Shown here piece after piece: positions 1-9,095 of a stretch of DNA of 64,000 bases. A program made the position numbers and the translations under genes. The stretch covers positions 24,378 through 88,377 of the forward strand of contig CASDPK010000004.1 of NCBI GenBank assembly GCA_949282555.1, given 5' to 3'. How positions within the stretch are numbered: the first letter of the stretch is position 1; every line of letters starts with the position of its first letter. The notes under the pieces were generated by a model that had not been told where the DNA came from, did no database searches, and saw nothing but the letters and a program-made list of their open reading frames with translations. The DNA is from an uncultured Lentisphaeraceae bacterium. Its GTDB lineage: Bacteria; Verrucomicrobiota; Kiritimatiellia; RFP12; DVOR01.

Positions 1-299
1 AGCACGCACGGGAAGCCCTTTTCGGAGGCCGCACGCACCAGCGTCTCCAAGTCTTCCCGATGCATCGGCTCGCCCCCGGTAAAAATGATCAGCGGGCCGC
101 CGGTGCCATGGGCATGCGCGTGCGAGGCCCCCGGAGCCGTGGCCTTCAAGGCCTCAAGGCTCCCAATCACCCTCAAGCACTCCTCCGTGGAGAGCTCTCC
201 GGCATAAGGGTCGTTTCGGGACGCACCGCGGCAATGATGGCACGCCATCGGACAACGGCGGGTCACTTCCCAAGCAAGGACACGAAGAGGTTTATTCAC
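1..299 (-). CDS. radical SAM domain protein, N-terminal part (continues past window start)
   Basis: Not in the ORF track (GTG start, runs off the window). Minus-strand translation from GTG at 299-297 gives VNKPLRVLAWEVTRRCPMACHHCRGASRND...PLIIFTGGEPMHRED. CPMACHHC is the CX3CX2C radical-SAM cluster motif, followed by a GGEP-type motif. Confidence 0.6.
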   Translation of the reverse strand, partial: MNKPLRVLAWEVTRRCPMACHHCRGASRNDPYAGELSTEECLRVIGSLEALKATAPGASHAHAHGTGGPLIIFTGGEPMHREDLETLVRAASEKGFPCV

Positions 300-966
300 G
301 GCAAAGGCTCCGAATAAGGGACATGGCAACGGAAGCGTCGGACCAATCGGCCAGCACCGCATCGGCGCCGGCGGCGGAAAGCTCCCCCTCCCCCACCCAG
401 CCTGTGGCCACGGCGAGGCAAGGAAGACCGACGGCATGGGCGGCTTGGATATCCTTCGGCGTGTCGCCAATCAACAGCCGAGGCACCGCCCCCAACGCCC
501 GGGCCCGTTCGCAGGCAATGGCGGCGATTTGGTCGCGATCCTCATGATCGGAGGCGTAAGCCCCAAAAGAGAAGGCCTCGGCAAGGCCGGCATGAACCAA
601 TTTTCCCCAAGCCGTCGCACGGATGTTCCCCGTGACCACGCCCAAGAGAAACCCCGCTTCACAAAGCCGTTCAAGCATCTCCCGCACACCGGAATAGACC
701 ACTATCGGCCCCCGCTCCAACCGCGGCAACAACCGCTGGGTAAGCTCAAAGAAAAACCGTTCCTCGCGGGCCGGAGTGGAAATCACCCCATGCGCCGCCG
801 CCATCGCCCGGACAACGGCCGTGTCCGTGGCGCCAACAAAAGAGACGGCCCCAAAATCCGCCGCCACACCATAGGCCGCCGCAAACGCCTCGGCAAACGC
901 CGGCCGCCCCAAGCCCTTGGCATGGAGCAGGGTTCCATCAATATCAAAGAGAAGCGCAGTCCGCAT
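292..966 (-). CDS. HAD-superfamily hydrolase (phosphoglycolate phosphatase-like)
   Basis: ORF 292..1020. The likely ATG at 966 gives MRTALLFDIDGTLL (HAD motif I DxDGT). VVTGN and IGDTPKDIQAA resemble motifs II-IV. Confidence 0.8.
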   Translation of the reverse strand: MRTALLFDIDGTLLHAKGLGRPAFAEAFAAAYGVAADFGAVSFVGATDTAVVRAMAAAHGVISTPAREERFFFELTQRLLPRLERGPIVVYSGVREMLERLCEAGFLLGVVTGNIRATAWGKLVHAGLAEAFSFGAYASDHEDRDQIAAIACERARALGAVPRLLIGDTPKDIQAAHAVGLPCLAVATGWVGEGELSAAGADAVLADWSDASVAMSLIRSLCRE

Positions 967-1146
967 GAGGAGAGATTTTAGCACACGCACGGGACACGCA
1001 TACAGTCGCTCCGCAGACACGGGGTTCCTGGCAAGTTACACAATAGAGTAAGTCAAGGACTAGCAAGAAAAGGAAGCTCGAACGCATTTATTCCTAGATG
1101 ATTGCCCCCATTGACCTGCAAACGGCACCTTTTGGCATAGTCCATG

Positions 1147-1881
1147 TTATAAATCTGGAATCTCTATTGTGTACTCTTGCGGGATCGTGACTTTCTGTGG
1201 AATCGTCGGAGGGCGAACACGTAAATAGAACTCTTCGTCCTTGTCAAATCGGACTTCCTCATGATCAACAAACACCTGTACGCAACCCTCATTGGAAATC
1301 GTTTCGATAGCCACTACGCGCCCTGTTTCAGGATTGACATCCAATAGCACCATCGCGCCTCTTATCATGTAACTAAATGAGACGACGTTTTCCCCCTTTT
1401 GCTCTCTCCACTGATACGTTTGTGGGCGCCAACCTATCTTACCCATGACCTCCTTAATGTTGTCACCATACTTAATGCGTTTCAATCTTTTCTCGTAGTC
1501 GCCATTTATTGGCCAAAGATATTCAACGTTGTAGGACTTTTCCGCTTGGGAAGTTTCCATTTTTATGACGCGAAACACGTTCCTAAGCCGATCTTTATCG
1601 TCGAGATCGATGACAAGCCAAACATCTCGCGTTGTACATAGGGGGGAAAACACCAACAGATGTCTTGGGTCAAGAAATGCAAGTTGCCTTCGAACGTCCT
1701 CTTTTTCCCAAAGCAGTGAAGGCTTTTTAAGTTCCCACGTCAATGTTTGTGCGATGTCATCCTTTGACATTCCCGAACAAAGTTTTCGATAGTTTGTGTC
1801 AATCCATTCCTCCTTCGCGTAAAGAGACGCTCCTAAGAAAATGAAGAGAAAAACCGAAAAGATTCTGTGAGGTAGCGCCAT
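1147..1881 (-). CDS. hypothetical exported protein (partner gene of small-family cassette)
   Basis: ORF 1147..1887, with ATG at 1881 giving MALPHRIFSVFLFIFLGASLYAKEE (hydrophobic signal or anchor). It lies in a visibly AT-richer segment directly downstream of the small-family gene 1949..2293. I recognise no family. Confidence 0.65.
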   Translation of the reverse strand: MALPHRIFSVFLFIFLGASLYAKEEWIDTNYRKLCSGMSKDDIAQTLTWELKKPSLLWEKEDVRRQLAFLDPRHLLVFSPLCTTRDVWLVIDLDDKDRLRNVFRVIKMETSQAEKSYNVEYLWPINGDYEKRLKRIKYGDNIKEVMGKIGWRPQTYQWREQKGENVVSFSYMIRGAMVLLDVNPETGRVVAIETISNEGCVQVFVDHEEVRFDKDEEFYLRVRPPTIPQKVTIPQEYTIEIPDL

Positions 1882-1948
1882 AACCACTCATCCAAATAAA
1901 GTCACCACAAACGAAAACTGAGTCGCCTTGCCTCTGTTGGCCCCCTCC

Positions 1949-2293
1949 TCAACCACCGCCATCTTTGGAGTCGCAGTGGCGGCAATCGCAGTAGACAGGG
2001 CCGAAGGTATCATTGTGGAACTCGGAGACAAAACGGAGGGGCTGATTTTTCGGCGTTGTAAACGATGAAACACACACCTGTCTCGATTTTGATACGAGTT
2101 TGGTTTTCCATTCACTTACGTTCATGGGGACATCTCTTCCGATGTCGTCACAGGAATAAGAAAGGTCATCAGCGGAGATGAACTCATCGTGGACGTTGTA
2201 ACCATATTGCGCGGCGTTGATGAAAACACAGCGACAACCAAGGAGAGGCGTTCCCCTCTTCGACTTCCATACACGTGTTCCCGCAAACACCAT
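1949..2293 (-). CDS. small Cys-containing protein, family copy c1 (core GYNVHDEFISADDLSYSCDDIGRDVP)
   Basis: ATG-started 114-aa ORF. It shares RGTPLLGCRC...YGYNVHDEFISADDLSYSCDDIGRDVPMNV and a later N.P(L/I)R(F/W) motif with ORFs 23012..23416 and 25146..25496. Amino-acid conservation holds despite nucleotide divergence, which supports this frame. Confidence 0.6.
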   Translation of the reverse strand: MVFAGTRVWKSKRGTPLLGCRCVFINAAQYGYNVHDEFISADDLSYSCDDIGRDVPMNVSEWKTKLVSKSRQVCVSSFTTPKNQPLRFVSEFHNDTFGPVYCDCRHCDSKDGGG

Positions 2294-2564
2294 GTGTTCA
2301 TGCTATCACATACCGGAACTCGTAGTAAAGGCCATGCCTTACCACCGATGATTTGTCTGCCACTGCGGGTAACTGCCGTGCGGGGGTTCTATCCTTTAAC
2401 CCTCAGACACGGATGTTACGCCGCGCCGAATGCGTGGCTTTATCACGGTCTTTTGGAGCAAACAGCGTGTATCTGTTGGGAGGCGTCCGGGGCGTTTGAG
2501 GGGGTGTGCAACACCTCTCTCATGAAGTGGCTTATTGCGCTTCCCACAGACGCAGTATGTTCTA

Positions 2565-2636
2565 GGGGGAGATGCAGTGCATCCCCAAACGAGACACAGT
2601 GCATCCCGTGGAGAGATACGGAGGGGCTGGGCGCGG
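2565..2636. repeat. REP-like composite palindromic repeat, copy 1
   Basis: GGGGGAGATGCAGTGCATCCCCAAACGAGACACAGTGCATCCCGTGGAGAGATACGGAGGGGCTGG. It consists of three roughly 21-nt sub-units and is the reverse orientation of the copy at 60981-61070. It sits about 20 nt past the 3' end of the CDF gene. Confidence 0.7.
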
Positions 2637-2654
2637 ACTCCGCCGCACGGGCAC

Positions 2655-3581
2655 TCACTGAGGTTGCGGAGGCGTTTTGGTCGGCTCCACGTGAACCGTG
2701 AGGATGGCATCCTCCCCGAACTCCTCCCGCAGGAGGTGCTCCACACGGCAGGCGATATCATGCCCCTCTCGGACGGTCATCAATGGATCAACGCGGAAGT
2801 GAAGCTCAATCACGGCCACGGTTCCGACCCGGCGGGAGCGCAGATGGTGCGGTTCGGAAAGGCCCTCCACCGTATGCAACAAGGCCAAAATGCGTGCGTT
2901 CTCCTCGGCCGACATCCCGCGTTCCATCAGCTTGTCGAGCGCGTCGCGAACGATATCCCATGCGATCCGCAGGAGGATCACGCCCACGATGAAGGCGGCC
3001 ACGGGATCCAAGAGCACCCATTTCCCGCCAAAGAGCGCGGCGGCGCCGGCACCGATGGAGGTGCCAATCGAAGAAAGCGCATCACTGCGATGGTGCCAAG
3101 CATTGGCCAAGAGCGCGTCGTTGCCCGTTTCCCGCGCCACCCGAACCGTCACTTGATACAAGTATTCCTTGACGCCTATCGACACCAAGCCCACCCAAAG
3201 GGCCAGCAACGCCGGACGCTCGGGCCAAACCCCGAAAGCCAGCGCCCGCACCACCGTCTCGCCCGCGTGGAAGGCAATCATCAAGCCCACCCCGCACAGC
3301 ACAACGCCCACCAACGCCGCGGCGAACGTCTCGTACTTCCCGTGTCCGTAGGGATGGTCGCCATCCTGCGGGCGTCCGGCGAGGCGCATCCCAATCATCA
3401 CGGCGAAATCGGTGGCGAAGTCGGAAAGCGAATGAAGGGCATCGGCGATCATCGCGGCGGAGCGCCCGAACACGCCAACGGCCAATTTGCCCAACGTGAG
3501 CGCCACATTGACGCCAACGGAAAGCCACGTCACCCGATTGGCCCGCGCGACGCGCTCACGCATCGAAGGAAGCGGAGACAT
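2655..3581 (-). CDS. cation diffusion facilitator (CDF) family metal efflux transporter
   Basis: ORF 2655..3656. It carries the CDF signatures ALHSLSDFATDF and HPYGHGKYETFAA, six hydrophobic segments and a C-terminal cytoplasmic domain. ATG at 3581 (MSPLPSMRERV) avoids overlap with lysS. Confidence 0.85.
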   Translation of the reverse strand: MSPLPSMRERVARANRVTWLSVGVNVALTLGKLAVGVFGRSAAMIADALHSLSDFATDFAVMIGMRLAGRPQDGDHPYGHGKYETFAAALVGVVLCGVGLMIAFHAGETVVRALAFGVWPERPALLALWVGLVSIGVKEYLYQVTVRVARETGNDALLANAWHHRSDALSSIGTSIGAGAAALFGGKWVLLDPVAAFIVGVILLRIAWDIVRDALDKLMERGMSAEENARILALLHTVEGLSEPHHLRSRRVGTVAVIELHFRVDPLMTVREGHDIACRVEHLLREEFGEDAILTVHVEPTKTPPQPQ

Positions 3582-3655
3582 CGAAAACCTCAGAGCTTGA
3601 AACACACGCCGTCGGCCCGAGGAACCCACGGACCGACGGCATGAAGACGCACGCA

Positions 3656-5110
3656 TTAACCTTCGGACTTCATCTGCGGGAAGAGGAGGACGTCACGAAT
3701 GGCCTCGGCTCCCGTGAGGAACATCACCAACCGGTCAATGCCCATGCCAAGGCCGCCCGTCGGCGGCATCCCATATTCCAGCGCCTCCACGAAGTCCTGG
3801 TCCATCGGTTCGGCATCGGCCTCGACCTGGCGGGAAAAGGCGACGCGCTGGGCGTCGGGATCGTTCTGCTCGGTGTAACCGGGGCACAACTCCTTGCCGG
3901 CGACGACGAACTCGAAGACATCGACCAATTCCGGATCATCCGGGCAGGCCTTGGCCAGCGGCACATACTGCTTCGGAATGCGCGTGACGAAGGTCGGCTG
4001 GCGAAGGGTCTTCTCAATGAGCTTGTCGTAAACCTCGTGGGAAAGCGTGAGCATGTCCACGATTTCGGGCACCATCTCCAGCCCCGCCTCCGCCGCACGG
4101 GCACGGGCGGTCTCGTAATCCAACGAGAACCAATCCTCACCCATCCGCTCCCGGATCAGCTCCTGCTGGGAGACCTCGCGATACGGCGGCTCAAAGTCGA
4201 TGACTTCACCCTCCGTGCCATAAGGCACCTTCCGCGTGCCGAGCACGGTGTCGCAAAGGTAAGGAAGCAAGCCTTCGATCAAGCGCTTCATGGACGTCCG
4301 GTCGCCGTAGGCCTCATAGACCTCCAGCACGGTGAATTCGGGGTTATGCGTGCGGTCAATCCCCTCGTTGCGGAAATCCTTGCCCAGTTCGAAGACCTTG
4401 TCGAACCCGCCAACGATGAGCCGCTTGAGGTAAAGCTCCGGGGCGATGCGCAAGACCATCTCGCGGTCAAGCGCGTTATGGTGCGTGTAGAACGGCTTGG
4501 CCGCGGCGCCACCCGCCTGCCCCTGCATGATGGGCGTCTCAACCTCGATGAATCCCTTGGAGGTGAGGAAGTTGCGGATTCCGAGCAAGATTTTGTGGCG
4601 CTTGTCGAACCGCGCACGGCTCTCGGGATTGGACATCAAATCAAGATAACGCCGGCGGTAACGCTCCTCCTGGTCCTGAAGGCCATGCCACTTCTCGGGC
4701 GGCTGACGGATGGCCTTGGAAAGGAGATCCCACGCGGCCACATCCACGGTCTTCTCGCCGGCCTGCGTGGTGAACAACGTTCCCTTCACGCCGATGATGT
4801 CACCGAGATCCAGCAACTTGGCGGCATTGTAGGGCGTTTCGCCCACCACGTCGCGCTTGAGGAGAATCTGGAAAGCGTCGGAACCATCGCCCAAATGGAT
4901 GAACATCAGCTTGCCCATCCTGCGCTTGGTCATGATGCGGCCCGCCACCGCGACCTCCCGTCCCTCGGCAAATCCTTCGCGGATCTCCTTCAGGGTGCCG
5001 GTGCGCGAAAAGGCGTGACCGTAAGGCGCATATCCCAACTCGGCCAGCTTGGCCCGATTCTCAATGCGCTGAGCGCGATACTGATCCTCATTCTGAGGCA
5101 TCTGAGCCAT
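3656..5110 (-). CDS. lysS: lysine--tRNA ligase (class II)
   Basis: ORF 3656..5176. The likely start is MAQMPQNEDQYRAQRIENRAKL at 5110. It has an OB-fold N-terminus and class-II motifs (FRNEGID..HNPEFT, GGLGMGIDRLVM). Confidence 0.93.
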   Translation of the reverse strand: MAQMPQNEDQYRAQRIENRAKLAELGYAPYGHAFSRTGTLKEIREGFAEGREVAVAGRIMTKRRMGKLMFIHLGDGSDAFQILLKRDVVGETPYNAAKLLDLGDIIGVKGTLFTTQAGEKTVDVAAWDLLSKAIRQPPEKWHGLQDQEERYRRRYLDLMSNPESRARFDKRHKILLGIRNFLTSKGFIEVETPIMQGQAGGAAAKPFYTHHNALDREMVLRIAPELYLKRLIVGGFDKVFELGKDFRNEGIDRTHNPEFTVLEVYEAYGDRTSMKRLIEGLLPYLCDTVLGTRKVPYGTEGEVIDFEPPYREVSQQELIRERMGEDWFSLDYETARARAAEAGLEMVPEIVDMLTLSHEVYDKLIEKTLRQPTFVTRIPKQYVPLAKACPDDPELVDVFEFVVAGKELCPGYTEQNDPDAQRVAFSRQVEADAEPMDQDFVEALEYGMPPTGGLGMGIDRLVMFLTGAEAIRDVLLFPQMKSEG

Positions 5111-5120
5111 GACGCCCTCC

Positions 5121-7121
5121 TTATTTCGAAAGATACTCGTTGAGCAACGCGGTGAGGTGCGCCGCCGTGAAGCCAAAGTGTTCGGCCAACTTCGCGGCGG
5201 GGCCGGAGGCGCCCCAGCCCTTCATCGTAAGGGTGATCCCACGATCGCCGACATAGCGCTCCCAACCGAAGGAAGACGCGGCCTCAACGGCAATGCGGCG
5301 CTTCACCGCCTTGGGCAGCACCGCTTCGCGGTAGGCCTCGGGCTGGGCCTCAAAACGGTCCCAGCTCGGCATGGAGACCACGCGCAGATTGCGCGCATCG
5401 GCTTGGGCCACCTCCAGCGCCAAGCTCACCTCGGAGCCGGACGCAATGAGAATCGCCTCGGGCTCCGCCGCGGGATCGCGTTGCCACAGCACATAGGCGC
5501 CCTTCGCCGCTTCGCTTGCGGCGGGGAAGACGGTGCGATCCAACACCGGCAGATTCTGGCGCGAAAGCAACAGCGCCGTGGGGCCCTCCTTGCGGCGCAG
5601 GGCGACCTCCCACGCGACGGCGGTTTCGGTGGCGTCGGCCGGGCGGAACACGCAAACGTTGGGCATCGCGCGCAACGCCGGGAGCTGCTCCACGGGCTCG
5701 TGCGTCGGGCCATCCTCACCCACGTAGAAGCTGTCATGCGTGAGCACGTAAATCACGGGCAGACCCATCAACGCCGCCACGCGAATGACCGGACGGCAAT
5801 AGTCGCAGAAGACGAAAAAGGTTCCGCCAAACACGCGCAGGCCACCATGCACCGCGATGCCGTTCATGACGCCCGCCATGCCCAGCTCACGCACGCCGAA
5901 GTGGAAGTTGCGCCCCGAGAAGCTCTCCTTGGCCACATCGCCAAGGCCGTTCAAGTAAGTCATGTTCGAGGGGGCCAAGTCCGCCGAGCCGCCCACCAGC
6001 CACGGAACCGCCGGAGCAAGGGCGTTCAACACCTTGCCCGACGCCACGCGGGTGGAGACGGGCTTGCCGCCCCAATCCGGCAGAAGCGCGGAAAGATCCG
6101 CGGGCATCGCCTCTTGGTAATAAGCGTCCCACGTGGACTTGAGCGCCGGATCGGCCGCGAACACCGTCTTGGCCATCCGCACCCATTTGTTGCGGAGGCG
6201 CTTCATCTTGGCGATGCGGTCGGCGAAGCATTCGCGGACTCGCTCGGGCACCACAAACGACTCATCGGGATTGAATCCGAGCGCCTGCTTGGTCAAGCGA
6301 AGCTCTTCCTCCCCGAGCGGCGCACCGTGGCTGGCCGCCGTATCGGCCTTGTTGGGAGACCCCTTGCCAATGACCGTGTGGCAAATGATGAGCACCGGCT
6401 TGGACTCGGAACGCATCGCCTTGCGAATGGCCTTCTCAATGGCCACGAAGTCGTGCCCGTCGCACTCCAACACCTGCCATCCATAGCTCAGGAAGCGGCG
6501 CACGGGATTGTCCGCGACGGCAAGGCTGATCGGGCCTTCGATGGAGATGCGGTTGGAATCATAGAACATGACGAGCTTGTTCAGCCCAAGCGCACCGGCA
6601 AGGGAGCACGCCTCATGCGAAATGCCCTCCTCCAAGTCGCCATCGCCGCACGTCACCCACGTGCGATGATCCACCAACGTGCGCCCCTCGGCGTTGAAGC
6701 GCGCGGCCAGCATCTTCTCCGCGATGGCCATGCCCACCGCGCTTGCGATCCCCTGCCCCAAAGGCCCCGTGGTCGTCTCCACGCCCGGCACTTCGCCATA
6801 TTCCGGATGGCCCGGGGTCTTGCTTCCCAACTGGCGGAACTGCCGGAGATCCTCAATCGAAAGCGGATACCCGGCGAGATGAAGCAATGCGTAGAGCAAC
6901 GCCGAGCCATGCCCGCCCGACATCACGAAACGGTCACGGTCGGCCCACTTCTCGTCTCCGCCCCACACCTTCAGATACTTCAGCCACAGCACGGCCGCCA
7001 CGTCTGCCAATCCCATCGCCACGCCGGGATGGCCCGATTTCGCCGTCTGCACCTCGTCTGCCGAGAGACAGCGCAACGTGTTGGCCACCAAAACCATGTC
7101 GTCCATATCCACCTTGTTCAT
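5121..7121 (-). CDS. tkt: transketolase
   Basis: 666 aa, with SGHPG near the N-terminus, the TPP-binding GDGDLEEGISHEA and THDSFYVGEDGPTHEPVEQ. Confidence 0.95.
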   Translation of the reverse strand: MNKVDMDDMVLVANTLRCLSADEVQTAKSGHPGVAMGLADVAAVLWLKYLKVWGGDEKWADRDRFVMSGGHGSALLYALLHLAGYPLSIEDLRQFRQLGSKTPGHPEYGEVPGVETTTGPLGQGIASAVGMAIAEKMLAARFNAEGRTLVDHRTWVTCGDGDLEEGISHEACSLAGALGLNKLVMFYDSNRISIEGPISLAVADNPVRRFLSYGWQVLECDGHDFVAIEKAIRKAMRSESKPVLIICHTVIGKGSPNKADTAASHGAPLGEEELRLTKQALGFNPDESFVVPERVRECFADRIAKMKRLRNKWVRMAKTVFAADPALKSTWDAYYQEAMPADLSALLPDWGGKPVSTRVASGKVLNALAPAVPWLVGGSADLAPSNMTYLNGLGDVAKESFSGRNFHFGVRELGMAGVMNGIAVHGGLRVFGGTFFVFCDYCRPVIRVAALMGLPVIYVLTHDSFYVGEDGPTHEPVEQLPALRAMPNVCVFRPADATETAVAWEVALRRKEGPTALLLSRQNLPVLDRTVFPAASEAAKGAYVLWQRDPAAEPEAILIASGSEVSLALEVAQADARNLRVVSMPSWDRFEAQPEAYREAVLPKAVKRRIAVEAASSFGWERYVGDRGITLTMKGWGASGPAAKLAEHFGFTAAHLTALLNEYLSK

Positions 7122-7292
7122 GAAAGACCTCTCATAAGGCTAAAAGGGAGTGTTCAGTTTATCATATTTCCCTCATTTCCCGCAAACAACGCCGACGGCC
7201 AAACGAACGAGTCCGCACGCTTTCGCCATGAATGCGCCGACCTCAACCCTGGGACAAAACCCATCGCATTTTTTGGTATGCTACGGGGCGAT

Positions 7293-8564
7293 ATGAAGAT
7301 TCTTGTCATCGGTAGCGGCGGGCGGGAGCACGCCATTGTTTGGAGGTTGGCGCAGGACGCGGAACCTCCGGAACTCTTCTGCGCGCCGGGCAATGCCGGC
7401 ACGGCGGCGTTGGCCACCAATCTGCCAATCGGGGCCGAGGACATCCCGGCCATCGTGACGTGGGCCAAGGAACACCGCCCCGACTTGACCGTGGTGGGCC
7501 CCGAGGCCCCGCTGTGCGCAGGGCTCGCGGACGCGTTGGAGGCTGAGGGCTTGAAGGTCTTTGGGCCGTCCCAAGCCGCCGCGAGGCTGGAGGGCAGCAA
7601 GGGCTTTTCCAAGGAAGTCATGGAAGCCGCTGGCGTTCCCACGGCCCGTTTCCGCGTCTACACCGATTCCGCGCAGGCCATTGCCGAATTGGAAGACTTT
7701 GGGTTCCCGGTGGTCGTCAAGGCCGACGGCTTGGCCGCGGGCAAAGGCGTCGTGATCGCCAAGACGCGTGCCGAGGCGGAAGCCGCCCTGCACGATATGT
7801 TGGACGCCGGGCGTTTCGGTGCCGCAGGGGCCGAGGTGGTGGTGGAAGAGTTCCTCGACGGCGAGGAAGCTTCCGTCTTTGCCCTGTGCGACGGCAAGCA
7901 CGTGGAATTGCTCCCCGCCGCGCAGGATCACAAGCGCGCCTATGACAACGACGAGGGGCCCAACACCGGCGGCATGGGCGCCTACACACCCGCCCCCATC
8001 GCCACGCCCGAGGTCATGCGCTTCACACGGGAACAGATCGTTCTGCCCGTCTTGCGTGAGCTGAACCGCCGCGGGATTCCCTACAAAGGCGTGCTCTTCT
8101 GCGGATTGATGATCGGCAGCAAGGGTGTGCGCGTGTTGGAATTCAACTGCCGCTTCGGCGACCCCGAAACCGAGGTGGTCGTGCCGAGCATCGCCTCCGA
8201 CTTCGCGCCGGTGTTGCTCGCCTGCGCCGAGGGCCGCCTGAAAGAAGGCATGGTGCGCCTGCGCAATGAGGCCGCCGTCACCGTGGTCATGGCCGCGCCC
8301 GGCTATCCGGGCAGCTACCCAAAGGGAATGCCCATCACAGGCATCGCGGCGGCCGAGGCCACCGGATGCCACGTCTTCCACGCCGGCACCGCGCTCCGAG
8401 AGGGCGAAGTCGTCGCCGTCGGAGGCCGTGTGCTGACCGTCACCGCCTTCGGGAAAGACCTGCGCGAAGCCGTGGACAACGCCTATCGCGGCATTGGCGA
8501 GATTCACTTCGACGGCGCGCACTGCCGCCGCGACATCGCCGCCAAGGCCTTCCGTCACCTCTAA
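7293..8564 (+). CDS. purD: phosphoribosylamine--glycine ligase
   Basis: This is the 3' part of the 1151-aa track ORF. ATG at 7293 gives MKILVIGSGGREHAIVWRL, with an ATP-grasp region (GLAAGKGV, NCRFGDPE). Confidence 0.93.
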   Translation: MKILVIGSGGREHAIVWRLAQDAEPPELFCAPGNAGTAALATNLPIGAEDIPAIVTWAKEHRPDLTVVGPEAPLCAGLADALEAEGLKVFGPSQAAARLEGSKGFSKEVMEAAGVPTARFRVYTDSAQAIAELEDFGFPVVVKADGLAAGKGVVIAKTRAEAEAALHDMLDAGRFGAAGAEVVVEEFLDGEEASVFALCDGKHVELLPAAQDHKRAYDNDEGPNTGGMGAYTPAPIATPEVMRFTREQIVLPVLRELNRRGIPYKGVLFCGLMIGSKGVRVLEFNCRFGDPETEVVVPSIASDFAPVLLACAEGRLKEGMVRLRNEAAVTVVMAAPGYPGSYPKGMPITGIAAAEATGCHVFHAGTALREGEVVAVGGRVLTVTAFGKDLREAVDNAYRGIGEIHFDGAHCRRDIAAKAFRHL

Positions 8565-8593
8565 TCGTTCCGACCGCATAAGGAGATCTTTCA

Positions 8594-9094
8594 ATGGGAC
8601 AACCGCTCGTTGGCATCATCATGGGAAGCGATTCCGACTGGGGCACGATGCGCAAGTGCGTCGACACCCTCAAATCCTTCGGCATTCCCTTTGAGGCGCA
8701 CGTCATGAGCGCCCACCGCACCCCCGAACAGGCCGCCCGCTATGCCTCCGAGGCGGAGGGCCGCGGGCTCCGCGTGCTCATCTGCGCCGCCGGCATGGCC
8801 GCCCATTTGGCGGGCGTCATCGCGGGGCACACCATCCTTCCGGTCCTCGGCGTGCCGATGAAGGGTGGCGCCATGGATGGCCTCGACGCGCTGTTGGCGA
8901 CGGTGCAAATGCCCGGCGGCATTCCGGTGGCGACCCTCGCGCTGGGCAATGCGGGCGCGACGAACGCCGCCGTGTTGGCGGCCCAGATCCTTGCCCTCTC
9001 CGACCCCACCCTTCGTGAGCGCCTGCACGCCCACAAGGACGCCATGGCCCGCAAGGTGGAAGAGGCCGACGCCCGGCTTCAGAGCGAGCTGTGA
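8594..9094 (+). CDS. purE: 5-(carboxyamino)imidazole ribonucleotide mutase
   Basis: 166 aa, with [11 protein letters not shown]...SAHRTP...GVPM..G..G.D.LLS-like motifs. Confidence 0.93.
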   Translation: MGQPLVGIIMGSDSDWGTMRKCVDTLKSFGIPFEAHVMSAHRTPEQAARYASEAEGRGLRVLICAAGMAAHLAGVIAGHTILPVLGVPMKGGAMDGLDALLATVQMPGGIPVATLALGNAGATNAAVLAAQILALSDPTLRERLHAHKDAMARKVEEADARLQSEL

Positions 9095-9095
9095 G

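Noticed and set aside
1949-2293. Small-family proteins as H-X9-DG/DUF1559 pseudopilin C-termini or PAAR/DUF4280 domains
   Set aside because: There is no prepilin N-terminal methylation motif, and the H-x9-DG spacing is not satisfied (GYNVHDEFISADDLS). The Cys and hydrophobic pattern does not match the PAAR or DUF4280 consensus as I recall it.
2300-2345. Rhs/YD core remnant (GLYYEFRYV, also GLYYEPRYV at about 26800-26840)
   Set aside because: The motif is in a frame interrupted by stops and lacks the rest of the Rhs core signature (RYYDP..GRF..DP). It is kept only as a weak lead in the findings.
3641-5143. 500-aa plus-strand ORF
   Set aside because: It is antisense to lysS, which carries the class-II synthetase motifs.
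5109-7292. 5' two-thirds of the 1151-aa plus-strand ORF 5109..8564
   Set aside because: It lies antisense to the clear transketolase gene and has low-complexity Arg/Gly/Ala/His-rich translation with no motifs. Only the part from ATG 7293 (purD) is real. This is a typical high-GC shadow ORF.
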